A DNA stretch of 45,515 bases, taken from the NCBI GenBank assembly GCA_964604995.1, contig CAZSAD010000011.1:1-45515 (forward strand), in the 5' to 3' direction. Positions within the stretch are counted from its first letter, which is position 1. The number at the start of each line of letters is the position of its first letter. The DNA comes from an uncultured Methanosarcinales archaeon (GTDB lineage: Archaea > Nanobdellota > Nanobdellia > Woesearchaeales > JABMPP01). This document shows, piece by piece, positions 1 to 9,517 of the stretch. Both the position numbers and the translations under genes were made by a program. A model generated the notes under the pieces. That model was not told where the DNA came from. It saw only the letters and a list, made by a program, of their open reading frames with translations, and searched no databases.

Positions 1-38
1 AATAAGAAAATATAGTAGGTGTTTAGGATAGTAATAGT

Positions 39-800
39 TTATAATAATTCTATTCCGTCGGCAAGCTTTTTGCCATCTTTTTCAAGTTGTTTTTGCTGTA
101 GAAGATTAGTTAGATTATAAATTGACTTTTTTGAAAGTATATCTTGCATACCTAGAGTAATTAATACACTCTTTAAATCATGAGGGGATCTCATTTCCAA
201 AGGAGCAGATGCAAAACTTGCAGCTATTACATTAAGCTTATATTTTTTACAGAGCTTAAAATTTTGTGAAACTCTACCTTTAAGGGAAGATCTTAACATG
301 CCCGAACTATTTAGCAAATTTGAAAAAGAAAAACCAATTGCTAAATGATTAGTCTTTGCTAAAGAACAGGTAATTTGATTTAAACCTGAACGCCTATAAT
401 TAAATACATCAGGTCTTTGTTCAGATTCTAGATTGTAAATGATATCTAACCCTTTAGAATCAAAAGGGCTTCTTTTATTATCCTCGGTTTTTAATAAAGT
501 TAAAAAGTTACTTCTTTTTGCGTTGGTAATTTGATTTTTAATATCTTTATTATTATCAAGGATTACTGCAAAAAAAAGATTAATGTCTAATTTTTTAGCA
601 ATTTCTAAAATTGAAGATTTAGATAAAGTATCAACTGGAGGATTATTAATTATGTGGAATTTATAAGCAAAACAAATATTTTTTATGTCTAATTTTTTAG
701 CAATTTCTAAAAATTTTGTTTCATTATTATTTGGAAAAACAAGGTCTGTAAAAAATAAGTCACCATTATTTTTTGGATGAATTGATTTTTGATTTAGCAT
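39..800 (-). CDS. rnp3: Ribonuclease P protein subunit p30 (Rpp30)-like
   Basis: The motifs RRSGLNQITCSLAK..LAIGFSF and ASFASAPLEMRSPHDL match the C-terminal half of archaeal Rpp30 (PHP-like barrel). Confidence 0.8.
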   Translation of the reverse strand: MLNQKSIHPKNNGDLFFTDLVFPNNNETKFLEIAKKLDIKNICFAYKFHIINNPPVDTLSKSSILEIAKKLDINLFFAVILDNNKDIKNQITNAKRSNFLTLLKTEDNKRSPFDSKGLDIIYNLESEQRPDVFNYRRSGLNQITCSLAKTNHLAIGFSFSNLLNSSGMLRSSLKGRVSQNFKLCKKYKLNVIAASFASAPLEMRSPHDLKSVLITLGMQDILSKKSIYNLTNLLQQKQLEKDGKKLADGIELL

Positions 801-825
801 AATGTGAAATTAGAAAACATATTAT

Positions 826-1788
826 TTAAGTTTTGGCTTTTGTCTTTAACTTTTGTATAAGATTTAATTTAACTCTAAAATCACATGCTTTACAAATATA
901 CTTATCCGAAGGAGAATTACATAATTTACATTTTTTGATACTTAAATTCGAAGAATTCTTAGTAGCTTTACAATAATATTTTTTTAGTTTATCCATTAGC
1001 ATTAAAAAATTTTCAACAATATGTTTTTTAGAACCTGGATTTTTTTCCTCTAAATTATTTAACATATCCCTAACTTTGGACCTAAATGAATTTTTGACAT
1101 GAGGGCATTCTACAAAATCTATTTCAAAATTTTTAATAAAAGAATATGCAAGTACTTCTTTTTCTGTACAAAGATATAAAGGTTTTATTCGTTGAACAAA
1201 TTCAACATTATCTGATAGACCAGTTTTTGGACCAAGCCTTGCATTTAACTCAAGATTATTTTTGATGAAATTCATTACAATTGATTGAACCTCATCATCT
1301 AAATTATGACCTGTTGCAATTTTATCGTATCCTTTTGCATATTTGTTTAAAAGATTTCTTCTAAATGCTCCACATAAAGAACAAGGCAATATGGAACTTT
1401 GGTTTAACATAGAATCTAAATCTTTTCCAAACTCTTTTTTAAATGAAAATATTCTAAGTTTTATTTTATTATCTTTACAGAATTTTTTTAGATTGTTAAG
1501 AGTTAAATTACGATAGTTGGATATTCCTTCATCAATTGCCAATGCTTCAACTTTATATCCGAATTTATTCAATAAAAATAAAATCGTAGTTGAATCTTTG
1601 CCACCTGAAGTTGCAACAACAATATTTTCTTTTTTTGTTGCTAATGAAAATTGATTGATTGTTTGTTTAACTTTAGTTTCAAAATATTCTATAAAATGTC
1701 CTTTACAAAGATTTGGATTTGAAAATATTGCTTTTTGTATTTTTTCAAATTGTTTACCATTTTCCTTTTCACATTGAATACATTTCAT
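826..1788 (-). CDS. ttuA: tRNA 2-thiouridine synthase, TtuA/Ncs6 (TIGR00269-like) family
   Basis: PP-loop SGGKDS, CSLC, GHNLDD and ECPH motifs, N- and C-terminal Cys zinc-finger motifs; adjacent to a GG-ending sulfur carrier. Confidence 0.85.
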   Translation of the reverse strand: MKCIQCEKENGKQFEKIQKAIFSNPNLCKGHFIEYFETKVKQTINQFSLATKKENIVVATSGGKDSTTILFLLNKFGYKVEALAIDEGISNYRNLTLNNLKKFCKDNKIKLRIFSFKKEFGKDLDSMLNQSSILPCSLCGAFRRNLLNKYAKGYDKIATGHNLDDEVQSIVMNFIKNNLELNARLGPKTGLSDNVEFVQRIKPLYLCTEKEVLAYSFIKNFEIDFVECPHVKNSFRSKVRDMLNNLEEKNPGSKKHIVENFLMLMDKLKKYYCKATKNSSNLSIKKCKLCNSPSDKYICKACDFRVKLNLIQKLKTKAKT

Positions 1789-1894
1789 TTTTAGTTTTAA
1801 AATATTTAATTTAAAAATGTTAATGGATGTTAATGAAATTGATTAAAATTAATTAACATTAATTAACATTATTGAAGCATTAACTTTTTGTGAA

Positions 1895-2089
1895 TTATCC
1901 TCCGGATATAACTGAAATAATTTTAATTTCATCTTTATTTGTTAATTTTTCATCTTCAGTGATTAAAGAATTGTTACGCACAATCAAAACTGCTTCTTTG
2001 CTAATTTTTAATTTTTTAAGTAGCATTGCAACTGTTCCTTGAAATTTCATTTCAATTTTCTTCTCTGATTTTTCAATATATATTTTCAT
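1895..2089 (-). CDS. Ubiquitin-like sulfur carrier (SAMP/ThiS/MoaD family)
   Basis: 64 aa, beta-grasp-like pattern, C-terminal ISGG; immediately upstream of the thiolase on the same strand. Confidence 0.9.
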   Translation of the reverse strand: MKIYIEKSEKKIEMKFQGTVAMLLKKLKISKEAVLIVRNNSLITEDEKLTNKDEIKIISVISGG

Positions 2090-2273
2090 AATACAATAGA
2101 ATCCATTAATCTTTATATTCTTTTCTTATTATTTCCTTATTTCTTTTTTTAATTTATTGATGGTAAGATTAATAATAGTTTTTTATTTATTATTTAAATT
2201 ATAATTTTATTTCTGGAATTTCTGGACGGAAATTCATAAGATTTAAATATAAGTGACAACATAATATGTGTTT

Positions 2274-2366
2274 ATGAATACCCAAGTAACATCATCAATT
2301 ATAAATAATTGGCACATTCTAATTAGCTTGGGCATTATGGATTTTAAGTGCCCTTACAGCTGTTAA
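2274..2366 (+). CDS. Possible 30-aa leader peptide / small ORF (MNTQVTSSIINNWHILISLGIMDFKCPYSC)
   Basis: Translated by hand. The ATG lies about 25 nt after a TTTAAATA box (2242-2249), the usual spacing for a leaderless start. No homology recognised. Confidence 0.3.
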   Translation: MNTQVTSSIINNWHILISLGIMDFKCPYSC

Positions 2367-2369
2367 CGA

Positions 2370-2453
2370 ACCTAAAGTTTTTGGGCTTGTGCAGTTGGGG
2401 TAAACTTTTCGACCAAAAAATTTTCTAACCCACTACCAAGCCTAAAAACAGGT
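2370..2453 (+). other. Long imperfect RNA stem-loop in the leader of the 2479 gene
   Basis: GTTTTTGGGCTTG (2377-2389) pairs with CAAGCCTAAAAAC (2437-2449), 13 bp with one G-U. Pairing extends inward (AGTTGGG/CCCACT) and outward (ACCT 2370-2373 / AGGT 2450-2453). Confidence 0.5.
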
Positions 2454-2478
2454 CTATATCAAATAGGAGGAGGTAAAA

Positions 2479-2787
2479 ATGCCACAAACAACATATAGAG
2501 TAGAAGAAAGAGATGGAATATGTCAAAGCTGCCTAGAAAGGGAACTAGGCAATTGGTTTGAAGAAGATATCGGACCAGAAGTTATGAATATGGCAAACAA
2601 CTTGTTTGGTGATCTTTCTTATAATGGAAAGTGTGTTATTTGTGGTTCACATATTGATTCAGATGAAAACTTTAGTTTGGAAAATATATATCCATCGATG
2701 ATGTTTGACTGTATTTCCGAAAGACTTGAAATTGAAGATTATAGAGAAAAAATGCTTGATCACGAAAGCATTTTAGTTTTGAATTAA
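2479..2787 (+). CDS. Small acidic hypothetical protein with two CxxC motifs (putative Zn-binding)
   Basis: Strong SD (AGGAGGAGGT) just upstream; CQSC and CVIC motifs. Confidence 0.7.
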   Translation: MPQTTYRVEERDGICQSCLERELGNWFEEDIGPEVMNMANNLFGDLSYNGKCVICGSHIDSDENFSLENIYPSMMFDCISERLEIEDYREKMLDHESILVLN

Positions 2788-3011
2788 TCTTCAAAAAAGC
2801 TAAAGCGAATAACTGAAAACAAAAGTAATCTTTTTTATTTTATTATTTTTTGTTGATTCATTATTTAGAAACATTAGTGATTATCCTATTAAATAATTTA
2901 TATTATTTTTAATTAGCTAAAGCTATTTTGAAAAATGCTAAGCTATTTAATGTATAAATGAAATGTATTTGAAAAGAAGAGGTGCAGTAAAACTAAAATA
3001 GTGATTACTTA

Positions 3012-3563
3012 ATGCAACCCTTAGGATATCTTGCTATAGACGAATCGAATCATGGAAAATTTCCAGAAGTATATGTTGCTGCTTTTTCTAATAATATCGA
3101 TGACATATCACTAAAAAATAGAAATATTATTGGAAAAGCTAGGTGTTTAGATAATATAGAAAAAGTTGTTTTAAATTCTTCTTACAAACACCTTATTGTT
3201 ACATCTGATATGGTCGAAGAATTTGGAATTGTACCTGTTAGACTTGCAGTTACTGCTGAACTTATTTCAAAATTTTGGAATATTAATAAGGTATTAATTG
3301 ATGGCTATATACAAAAATCATATTTAGATGAATTAAACAAACTTTTTCCAGAGATTGGTTTAAGAGTAGAAATAAAAGCAGACCAATGGTATCCACTTGC
3401 AAATATTGCTGATCAAATTGCATATTATTTAGGCAAATATTATACAACAAATTTATTAGATACACTAAAAAAATCAGAAACCCCTATTGTTCATTTACAT
3501 AATCAATACATTCAACAAATAGAAAGTAATGAAAAAAAAGATAATGAAAAAAGATACTATTGA
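3012..3563 (+). CDS. RNase H-fold protein (divergent RNase HII-like)
   Basis: AIDESNHG near the N-terminus, VLIDG, and KADQWYPLANIAD resemble the RNase HII motifs IDEAGRG / DG / KAD..YP.V.AAS. Confidence 0.55.
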   Translation: MQPLGYLAIDESNHGKFPEVYVAAFSNNIDDISLKNRNIIGKARCLDNIEKVVLNSSYKHLIVTSDMVEEFGIVPVRLAVTAELISKFWNINKVLIDGYIQKSYLDELNKLFPEIGLRVEIKADQWYPLANIADQIAYYLGKYYTTNLLDTLKKSETPIVHLHNQYIQQIESNEKKDNEKRYY

Positions 3564-3756
3564 AAATTTAACTTTAACACGAAAAGATTTTTCAGATACA
3601 CTTGTTAAATTTGATATTGAAAAATATGAAGAATTTATGAATTTTATAAAGAAAGGGTTAAATAAAAAGTATATAACAAGTAAATACAATCAAAATTGGA
3701 ATAGTAAAAGAAGAAGAAGGTTAATACGTTCTCTTAAGTTTAATTGTGAATTTTAA
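3529..3756 (+). CDS. Small basic hypothetical protein
   Basis: ORF track only; overlaps the end of the upstream ORF; no recognisable motif. Confidence 0.3.
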   Translation: MKKKIMKKDTIENLTLTRKDFSDTLVKFDIEKYEEFMNFIKKGLNKKYITSKYNQNWNSKRRRRLIRSLKFNCEF

Positions 3757-3978
3757 AAAGAAGAATAGATTAAAATTTGATAGATTATTTTATAGATTAT
3801 AAGTTCCATGCGAAATCATGGGGGTATATTCTTTCTAATTTCTATATTATGCCATAATAGTCTTTATAAATGCCAAGCTTTTTATACCTTTATAAATGTC
3901 ACAGACGATAAGGGGTTAGTTAAATAACTACCAATAAATATCATAGAAAATAAACCTTATAGGTGAGGTGTTTTTAAT

Positions 3979-4518
3979 ATGGCCAAGAAAGAAATTCAAG
4001 TTGTTAACATTGTTGTTAGTACTTCTTTGATGCATGCTATTCCATTAGAAAAAATGGCTGCAACTTTGAGCAATACAGAATATAATCCTGAGCAATTTCC
4101 AGGACTTGTCATTAGAATAAAAGAACCAAAAACATCAGCTTTGATTTTTAGTTCAGGCAAAGTAGTTTGCACAGGAGCTAGAAGTATGGATAAAGTTGAA
4201 GAAAGTATCAAAAAAATTATCAAGAGTCTTGAAAAAATTGGAATTAAAATTACAATCAAACCAGAAATCAAAATCCAAAATATTGTAGCTTCAGGAAGCG
4301 TTGGTATGGATTTGAATCTTAATACTCTTGCAATGAAGCTAGATAATACAGAATATGAACCTGAACAGTTCCCTGGACTTGTCTATAAACTTCCTCAGGC
4401 AAAAGCAACATTTCTACTTTTCAGCAATGGCAAAATAGTTTGCACAGGTACAAAAAGCGAAGCTGAAGTGCATAAAGCCTTAGATAAGCTGATAGAAAAT
4501 CTTAAAAAAGTAGTGTAA
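3979..4518 (+). CDS. tbp: TATA-box-binding protein
   Basis: Two TBP repeats (NIVVS/NIVAS, EYNPEQFPGLV/EYEPEQFPGLV, LIFSSGKVVCTG/LLFSNGKIVCTG); SD AGGTGAGGTG upstream. Confidence 0.98.
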   Translation: MAKKEIQVVNIVVSTSLMHAIPLEKMAATLSNTEYNPEQFPGLVIRIKEPKTSALIFSSGKVVCTGARSMDKVEESIKKIIKSLEKIGIKITIKPEIKIQNIVASGSVGMDLNLNTLAMKLDNTEYEPEQFPGLVYKLPQAKATFLLFSNGKIVCTGTKSEAEVHKALDKLIENLKKVV

Positions 4519-4602
4519 GATTGCAAGCAACGGTATTTTGCTTAAAGCAATTGCATCATTTAATTATTTCGGAAAAATTTCGAAGACATAGAGTGAGCTA
4601 TC

Positions 4603-6624
4603 ATGGATGCAACAGAACAGGTCAGAAGATTTAGAGAATATTTCGAGAAGAATAGTTTTGAAAAACTAATAGAGAATTCCCAGATTGGAAAATATTTGTT
4701 AGCTGTTGATTTTAAAGAATTATCAAAATATGATCCTGAACTTGCAGAAAAACTTCTTGATGAACCTGATGAAGTAATTAAAGCTGCTGAAATATCAATA
4801 GATGGATTTGACCTTCCTGGAGAAAAAAAATCTTTCAAAGTAAGATTTGATAATCTTCCAACTTCTCAATTAATTGCAATTAGAAATATTAGAAGCACAC
4901 ATATTGGAAAATTCTTGTATATGGAAGGAGTTGTAAGACAAAAATCTGATGTTAGACCACAAGTTACAACTGCAAAATTTGAATGTCCTAGCTGCGGAAA
5001 TATAATTTCAGTTTTACAATTAGATAATAAATTTAAAGAGCCGTCAAGATGTGGATGTGGCAGAAAAGGAAAATTTAGACTTGTTTCTAAAGAATTAGTT
5101 GATGCTCAAGGAATTGTTTTAGAAGAAAGTCCTGAAAATATGGAAGGCGGAGAGCAACCAAAAAGAATGAATGTATTTTTGCAAGAAGATCTTGTAAGTC
5201 CAATAACAGAAAAAAGAACTAATCCTGGAAGTAAAGTTAGAGTTGTTGGTGTTGTAAAAGAAGTTCCAATCATACTAAAAACAGGAGTACAATCCACAAG
5301 ATTTGATTTATTTATTGAAGCGAATAATATTTTGGGGATAGAGGAGAGCTTCTTTGAAATTGAAATTACAAAAGAAGAAGAAAAAGAGATTTTAGAACTT
5401 GCTGAAGATAAGAGGTTATTTGAAAGATTGGTTAGAGCTCTTGCACCAAGCATTTATGGGCATGAAAAAGTAAAAGAAGCATTGTTAATACAACTTGCAT
5501 CTGGTGTACAAAAAACAAGAAGCGATGGAATGATAACAAGAGGAGATATTCACATTTTATTGGTTGGTGATCCTGGATCTGGAAAAAGCCAGCTTCTAAA
5601 AAGAGTGAATATGGTTGCGCCAAAAAGTAGATATGTATCTGGCAAAGGAGTTTCTGGAGCTGGCCTTACTGCTGCAGTTGTTCGAGATGAATTTTTAAAA
5701 GGATGGGCTCTTGAAGCAGGAGCACTTGTTTTAGCATCCAATGGTATTTGCTGCATTGATGAATTAGATAAGATGACAAATGAAGATAGAGCAGCAATGC
5801 ACGAAGCACTTGAACAACAAACAATTAGTATAAGTAAAGCTAATATTCAAGCAACACTTGTATCAAGAACAACTGTTCTTGCTGCAGCTAATCCCAAGTT
5901 TGGAAGATTCGATGCTTATGCTCTTCTTGCTGACCAGATTGATTTACCACCTACACTTATCAACAGATTTGATTTGATATTTCCAATAAAAGATTTGCCA
6001 GATAAAGACAAAGATGAAAGAGTTGCATCACATATATTATCATTACATAAAAATCCGATTATGGAAAATCCAGAAATTCCAACTAAAGTATTAAAAAAAT
6101 ATATTTCTTATGTAAGAAGAAATGTAAATCCGCAACTTACTGATGAAGCACTTGACGAAATCAAAGAATATTATCTTAATATGAGAAGTAAAGGATATAA
6201 TGAAGAAGGTGGCTCAAGAGCTGTACCAATTTCAGCAAGACAACTTGAAGCACTTGTAAGACTCGCTGAAGGATCTGCAAGACTTAGATATTCAAAAAAT
6301 GTAGAAGCTATTGATTCAAAAAAAGCAGTTGAACTTTTACATTATTGTTTAGCTGAAATTGGAGTTGATCCCGAAACAGGAAAAATAGATATTGATAGAA
6401 TTTCAACTGGTGTTCCTGCTACTGAAAGAGCAAAGATTGCAAATGTTAAAGATATAATTGTTGAACTTGAAGGCAAATTTGGAAAAGTTATACCTATTGA
6501 AGAAATCTTAAAAGAAGCTGAAACAAGAGGCTTAAAAGAAGGAAAAGTTGAAGAAACTTTAGAGAAGCTAAAAAGAGCAGGGGATATTTTTGAACCTAGA
6601 AGAGGCCATATTAGTAGAATGTGA
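4603..6624 (+). CDS. mcm: MCM replicative helicase
   Basis: Zn motif CPSC..CGC, Walker A GDPGSGKS, Walker B CCIDELDK, arginine finger NRFD, ISARQLEALVRL and a C-terminal winged helix. Confidence 0.98.
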   Translation: MDATEQVRRFREYFEKNSFEKLIENSQIGKYLLAVDFKELSKYDPELAEKLLDEPDEVIKAAEISIDGFDLPGEKKSFKVRFDNLPTSQLIAIRNIRSTHIGKFLYMEGVVRQKSDVRPQVTTAKFECPSCGNIISVLQLDNKFKEPSRCGCGRKGKFRLVSKELVDAQGIVLEESPENMEGGEQPKRMNVFLQEDLVSPITEKRTNPGSKVRVVGVVKEVPIILKTGVQSTRFDLFIEANNILGIEESFFEIEITKEEEKEILELAEDKRLFERLVRALAPSIYGHEKVKEALLIQLASGVQKTRSDGMITRGDIHILLVGDPGSGKSQLLKRVNMVAPKSRYVSGKGVSGAGLTAAVVRDEFLKGWALEAGALVLASNGICCIDELDKMTNEDRAAMHEALEQQTISISKANIQATLVSRTTVLAAANPKFGRFDAYALLADQIDLPPTLINRFDLIFPIKDLPDKDKDERVASHILSLHKNPIMENPEIPTKVLKKYISYVRRNVNPQLTDEALDEIKEYYLNMRSKGYNEEGGSRAVPISARQLEALVRLAEGSARLRYSKNVEAIDSKKAVELLHYCLAEIGVDPETGKIDIDRISTGVPATERAKIANVKDIIVELEGKFGKVIPIEEILKEAETRGLKEGKVEETLEKLKRAGDIFEPRRGHISRM

Positions 6625-7388
6625 TGTTGATAAAAATGTCAGAAAAAGAAAACAGTGCAAAAAGATTAGTATCGCATAAAATTAGAATAAAAGATTTAAT
6701 TGAAGGAGAATTTATAAAACTTGAAGGATGGGAACCAAGTTATATTTTAACTAAAACAAACAAAAGAATTTCTAGAATAAATATAATTGCAACAATAATT
6801 GAAGTTAATGATCAAAGTAAATTATGGTACATAGATGATGGTACCTCTTCAATTAGTATTAGATTTTTAGGCGATATAATAATGCCAATTGATATTAAAA
6901 TTGGTGAAATAATAATGGTTATTGGGAGAGTTAGAAAATATGGAGAAGAAGTTTATATTGCTCCTGAAATTGTAAAAAAAATTGATGATCCGAAGTGGGT
7001 AAAAGTTAGACAACTTGAAATATTAAAACAAGAACTTGAATTGGATGATTCTTTAGATGAAAATGATTTAAATGAAACAGATAATAAAAATGAAAATATT
7101 GAAGATAAAAGTAAAATTTTAAATGATAATAAAACCAAAAGTATATCAGAGCAAAAAGAAGAAAAGAAAAACTTTGAGAATAAAAAAGAGGAAAGTTTAG
7201 AAGAAACATTGATGCCTAGCCAAAAAATATGCAAAATGATTAAACAACTTGACCTTGGTAAAGGTGCTAATATCGATGAACTAAAAGAAAAATTAAACAT
7301 GCTAAATATTGATAAACTTTTGCAAACACTTCTTGAAGAAGGAGAGATATTTGAAATACGACCAGGTAAATTAAAAGTTCTTGAATAA
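6621..7388 (+). CDS. OB-fold single-stranded DNA-binding protein, RPA32/RPA2-like with C-terminal winged helix
   Basis: SRINIIATII..IDDGTSSISIR..VIGRVRKY OB pattern, charged linker, C-terminal LLEEGEIFEIRPG winged helix; overlaps the MCM stop (GTGA). The true start may be the ATG at 6636. Confidence 0.75.
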   Translation: MMLIKMSEKENSAKRLVSHKIRIKDLIEGEFIKLEGWEPSYILTKTNKRISRINIIATIIEVNDQSKLWYIDDGTSSISIRFLGDIIMPIDIKIGEIIMVIGRVRKYGEEVYIAPEIVKKIDDPKWVKVRQLEILKQELELDDSLDENDLNETDNKNENIEDKSKILNDNKTKSISEQKEEKKNFENKKEESLEETLMPSQKICKMIKQLDLGKGANIDELKEKLNMLNIDKLLQTLLEEGEIFEIRPGKLKVLE

Positions 7389-7475
7389 ATAAATTAGGTA
7401 TTAATGATTAATAGAATAATTATAACATATTAATATTAGTTAATACCATTAAATTGTTTTAAGATATTTAGAAAC

Positions 7476-8327
7476 TTAACCAAAAACTAAAGGTGTAACA
7501 TACACTTCAAGTATTGCTGCCCCAAGTAAAACTAAAACAGATATAATCACAAGATCAGTTGTATCTACAACAATTCTTTTGAACTTGTCAAAATCAAGTC
7601 CATTTTTTAACATCGCAACACTAATGATACCTCCTGCTAAACCTGCAATAAAATAAGCAAAAATTTCAGGAATACCATGAATAGAATATCTAAATAATCC
7701 GAAAGAAACAACTTTAAAATATGTTGAAACTTTAGCAAGACCTATTACTGAAGCAGATTTTGCAATTCCTAATTTTATAAAAGTTCCAATTGCAACTGCA
7801 ATTACTGAAGCATTCCATGCCAAAATAAAAATTGAACCTACACCATATAAAAATGCAAATAAAAGTGAAAAAACTAAAACTTGAAGATTATTTAAAAAAA
7901 TTGTTGAAAATAATCCAAATTTTATAGCACTCCCTGAAGGAGTATTGTTTATTCTTGAAATTGTATCTGATTGTACAGAAAAAAGTTTAGATGTCATATC
8001 CTGTGGAAGTGCGACATACCAAAGGGCCATTCCTAGAGTCATACCAATAAATAAAAAAATAAAAAACTCCAATGCTTTACTATGTTCTTTCAATAATTTT
8101 TTTTCTTCTTGATTATCTTCATCTTTTTGTTCTTCCATTTTAACTGTACCATAAATAAGAGGAATGCATGCCATTGTTGTAAGAAAAACCATAACAAGAC
8201 TTGCTTGACTTTCAAAAATCCAAAGACTTAGAAAAACTCCAACTGAACTGTAGAGGATTCCATATAAAATCATCTTCTTTGGGTTATTTTCTGCAGCTAG
8301 TGGATTTATTAAAGACTCTAAAACCAT
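7476..8327 (-). CDS. Stage II sporulation protein M (SpoIIM/DUF95) family membrane protein
   Basis: Multi-pass hydrophobic protein with IFLNN, HGIPE..AYFIAG and AAILEVYVTP motifs. Confidence 0.8.
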   Translation of the reverse strand: MVLESLINPLAAENNPKKMILYGILYSSVGVFLSLWIFESQASLVMVFLTTMACIPLIYGTVKMEEQKDEDNQEEKKLLKEHSKALEFFIFLFIGMTLGMALWYVALPQDMTSKLFSVQSDTISRINNTPSGSAIKFGLFSTIFLNNLQVLVFSLLFAFLYGVGSIFILAWNASVIAVAIGTFIKLGIAKSASVIGLAKVSTYFKVVSFGLFRYSIHGIPEIFAYFIAGLAGGIISVAMLKNGLDFDKFKRIVVDTTDLVIISVLVLLGAAILEVYVTPLVFG

Positions 8328-8447
8328 TAATTGTTTTTATGCTAGTGTGTATATATATTTTTTGCTCTTTAATAAGTGAACTAAACTTATGTTACTATTT
8401 GTTAGTAAGTCGACAAATATATATACTATAGTAGAGAATTTTACCAT

Positions 8448-9452
8448 ATGGGAAAAGAGGGAACAGTAACTAATAGTTCGAACAATGTTTCACCAGAAGA
8501 GATAAAAGAACAACTAGATGCAATTAGAAAAGAGTTATCAAGAGTAGTTGTTGGACAAGAGGAAGTTGTTGATGCTCTTTTAAGAGGTATTGTTGCCAAT
8601 AGCCACATTCTTGTAGAAGGTCTTCCTGGTATTGGAAAAACATTAGTTATTCGAACACTTGCACAAGTAATGGGATGCGAATTCAAAAGAGTACAATTTA
8701 CACCTGATCTTCTTCCAAGCGATATAATTGGAATAAATACTTATGAAAAAGAAAGAGGATTTTATGTTTTAAAAGGTCCAATCTTTGCAAATTTTGTTCT
8801 TGCAGATGAAATTAATAGAGCACCACCTAAAGTACAGTCTGCACTTTTAGAAGGCATGCAGGAAAGACAAGTTACAATTGGAAGAGAAACATTTGAATTG
8901 CCAAATCCTTTTTTTGTTATGGCAACACAAAATCCAGTTGAACAACTTGGTACATTTCCTTTGCCTGAAGCTCAAATTGATAGGTTTATGTTTAAAATAA
9001 ATGTTGGATATCCTAATATTTCAGAAGAGCAAAAAATATTAAGACAAAATATGACAATTCAAAAATTTGAAAGTTATAATATAAAACCAATTATGAACCC
9101 TGAAAAAATTATCAAACTGCAACAAGCTGCAATGGCAGTTTACATGCATGATAAAGTTGAAAAATATATTGTATCATTAATTGATGCAACAAGATATCCT
9201 GAAAAATATGGAATAACACTTGGTAAATATTTAGAAAGAGGGGCATCACCAAGAGCATCACTTGGATTATTTATTGGTTCCAAAGCTGAAACTTTAATCA
9301 ACGGCAAAACATTTGTAACTCCATATTTTGTAAAAAAAGTTGCGATTGATGTATTAAGGCACAGACTTGCTATTAATTATGAAGGCCAAACAGATGGAAT
9401 AACATCTGAAGCAATAATTAAAGAAATATTAGAAAAGGTACCACTGCCTTAA
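8448..9452 (+). CDS. moxR: MoxR-family AAA+ ATPase
   Basis: GLPGIGKT, RVQFTPDLLPSDIIG, LADEINRAPPKVQSALLE, ATQNPVEQ.GTFPLPEAQIDRF, GASPRA. Confidence 0.95.
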   Translation: MGKEGTVTNSSNNVSPEEIKEQLDAIRKELSRVVVGQEEVVDALLRGIVANSHILVEGLPGIGKTLVIRTLAQVMGCEFKRVQFTPDLLPSDIIGINTYEKERGFYVLKGPIFANFVLADEINRAPPKVQSALLEGMQERQVTIGRETFELPNPFFVMATQNPVEQLGTFPLPEAQIDRFMFKINVGYPNISEEQKILRQNMTIQKFESYNIKPIMNPEKIIKLQQAAMAVYMHDKVEKYIVSLIDATRYPEKYGITLGKYLERGASPRASLGLFIGSKAETLINGKTFVTPYFVKKVAIDVLRHRLAINYEGQTDGITSEAIIKEILEKVPLP

Positions 9453-9517
9453 GTTATGTTACAAATAAAATAAGTGAATTCCTAATTGTAATGTTTATAT
9501 AAAATTTATTAAATAAA

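Noticed and set aside
3757..3978. Replication origin near tbp/mcm
   Set aside because: No ORB-like repeats recognised and no orc1/cdc6 gene in the window.
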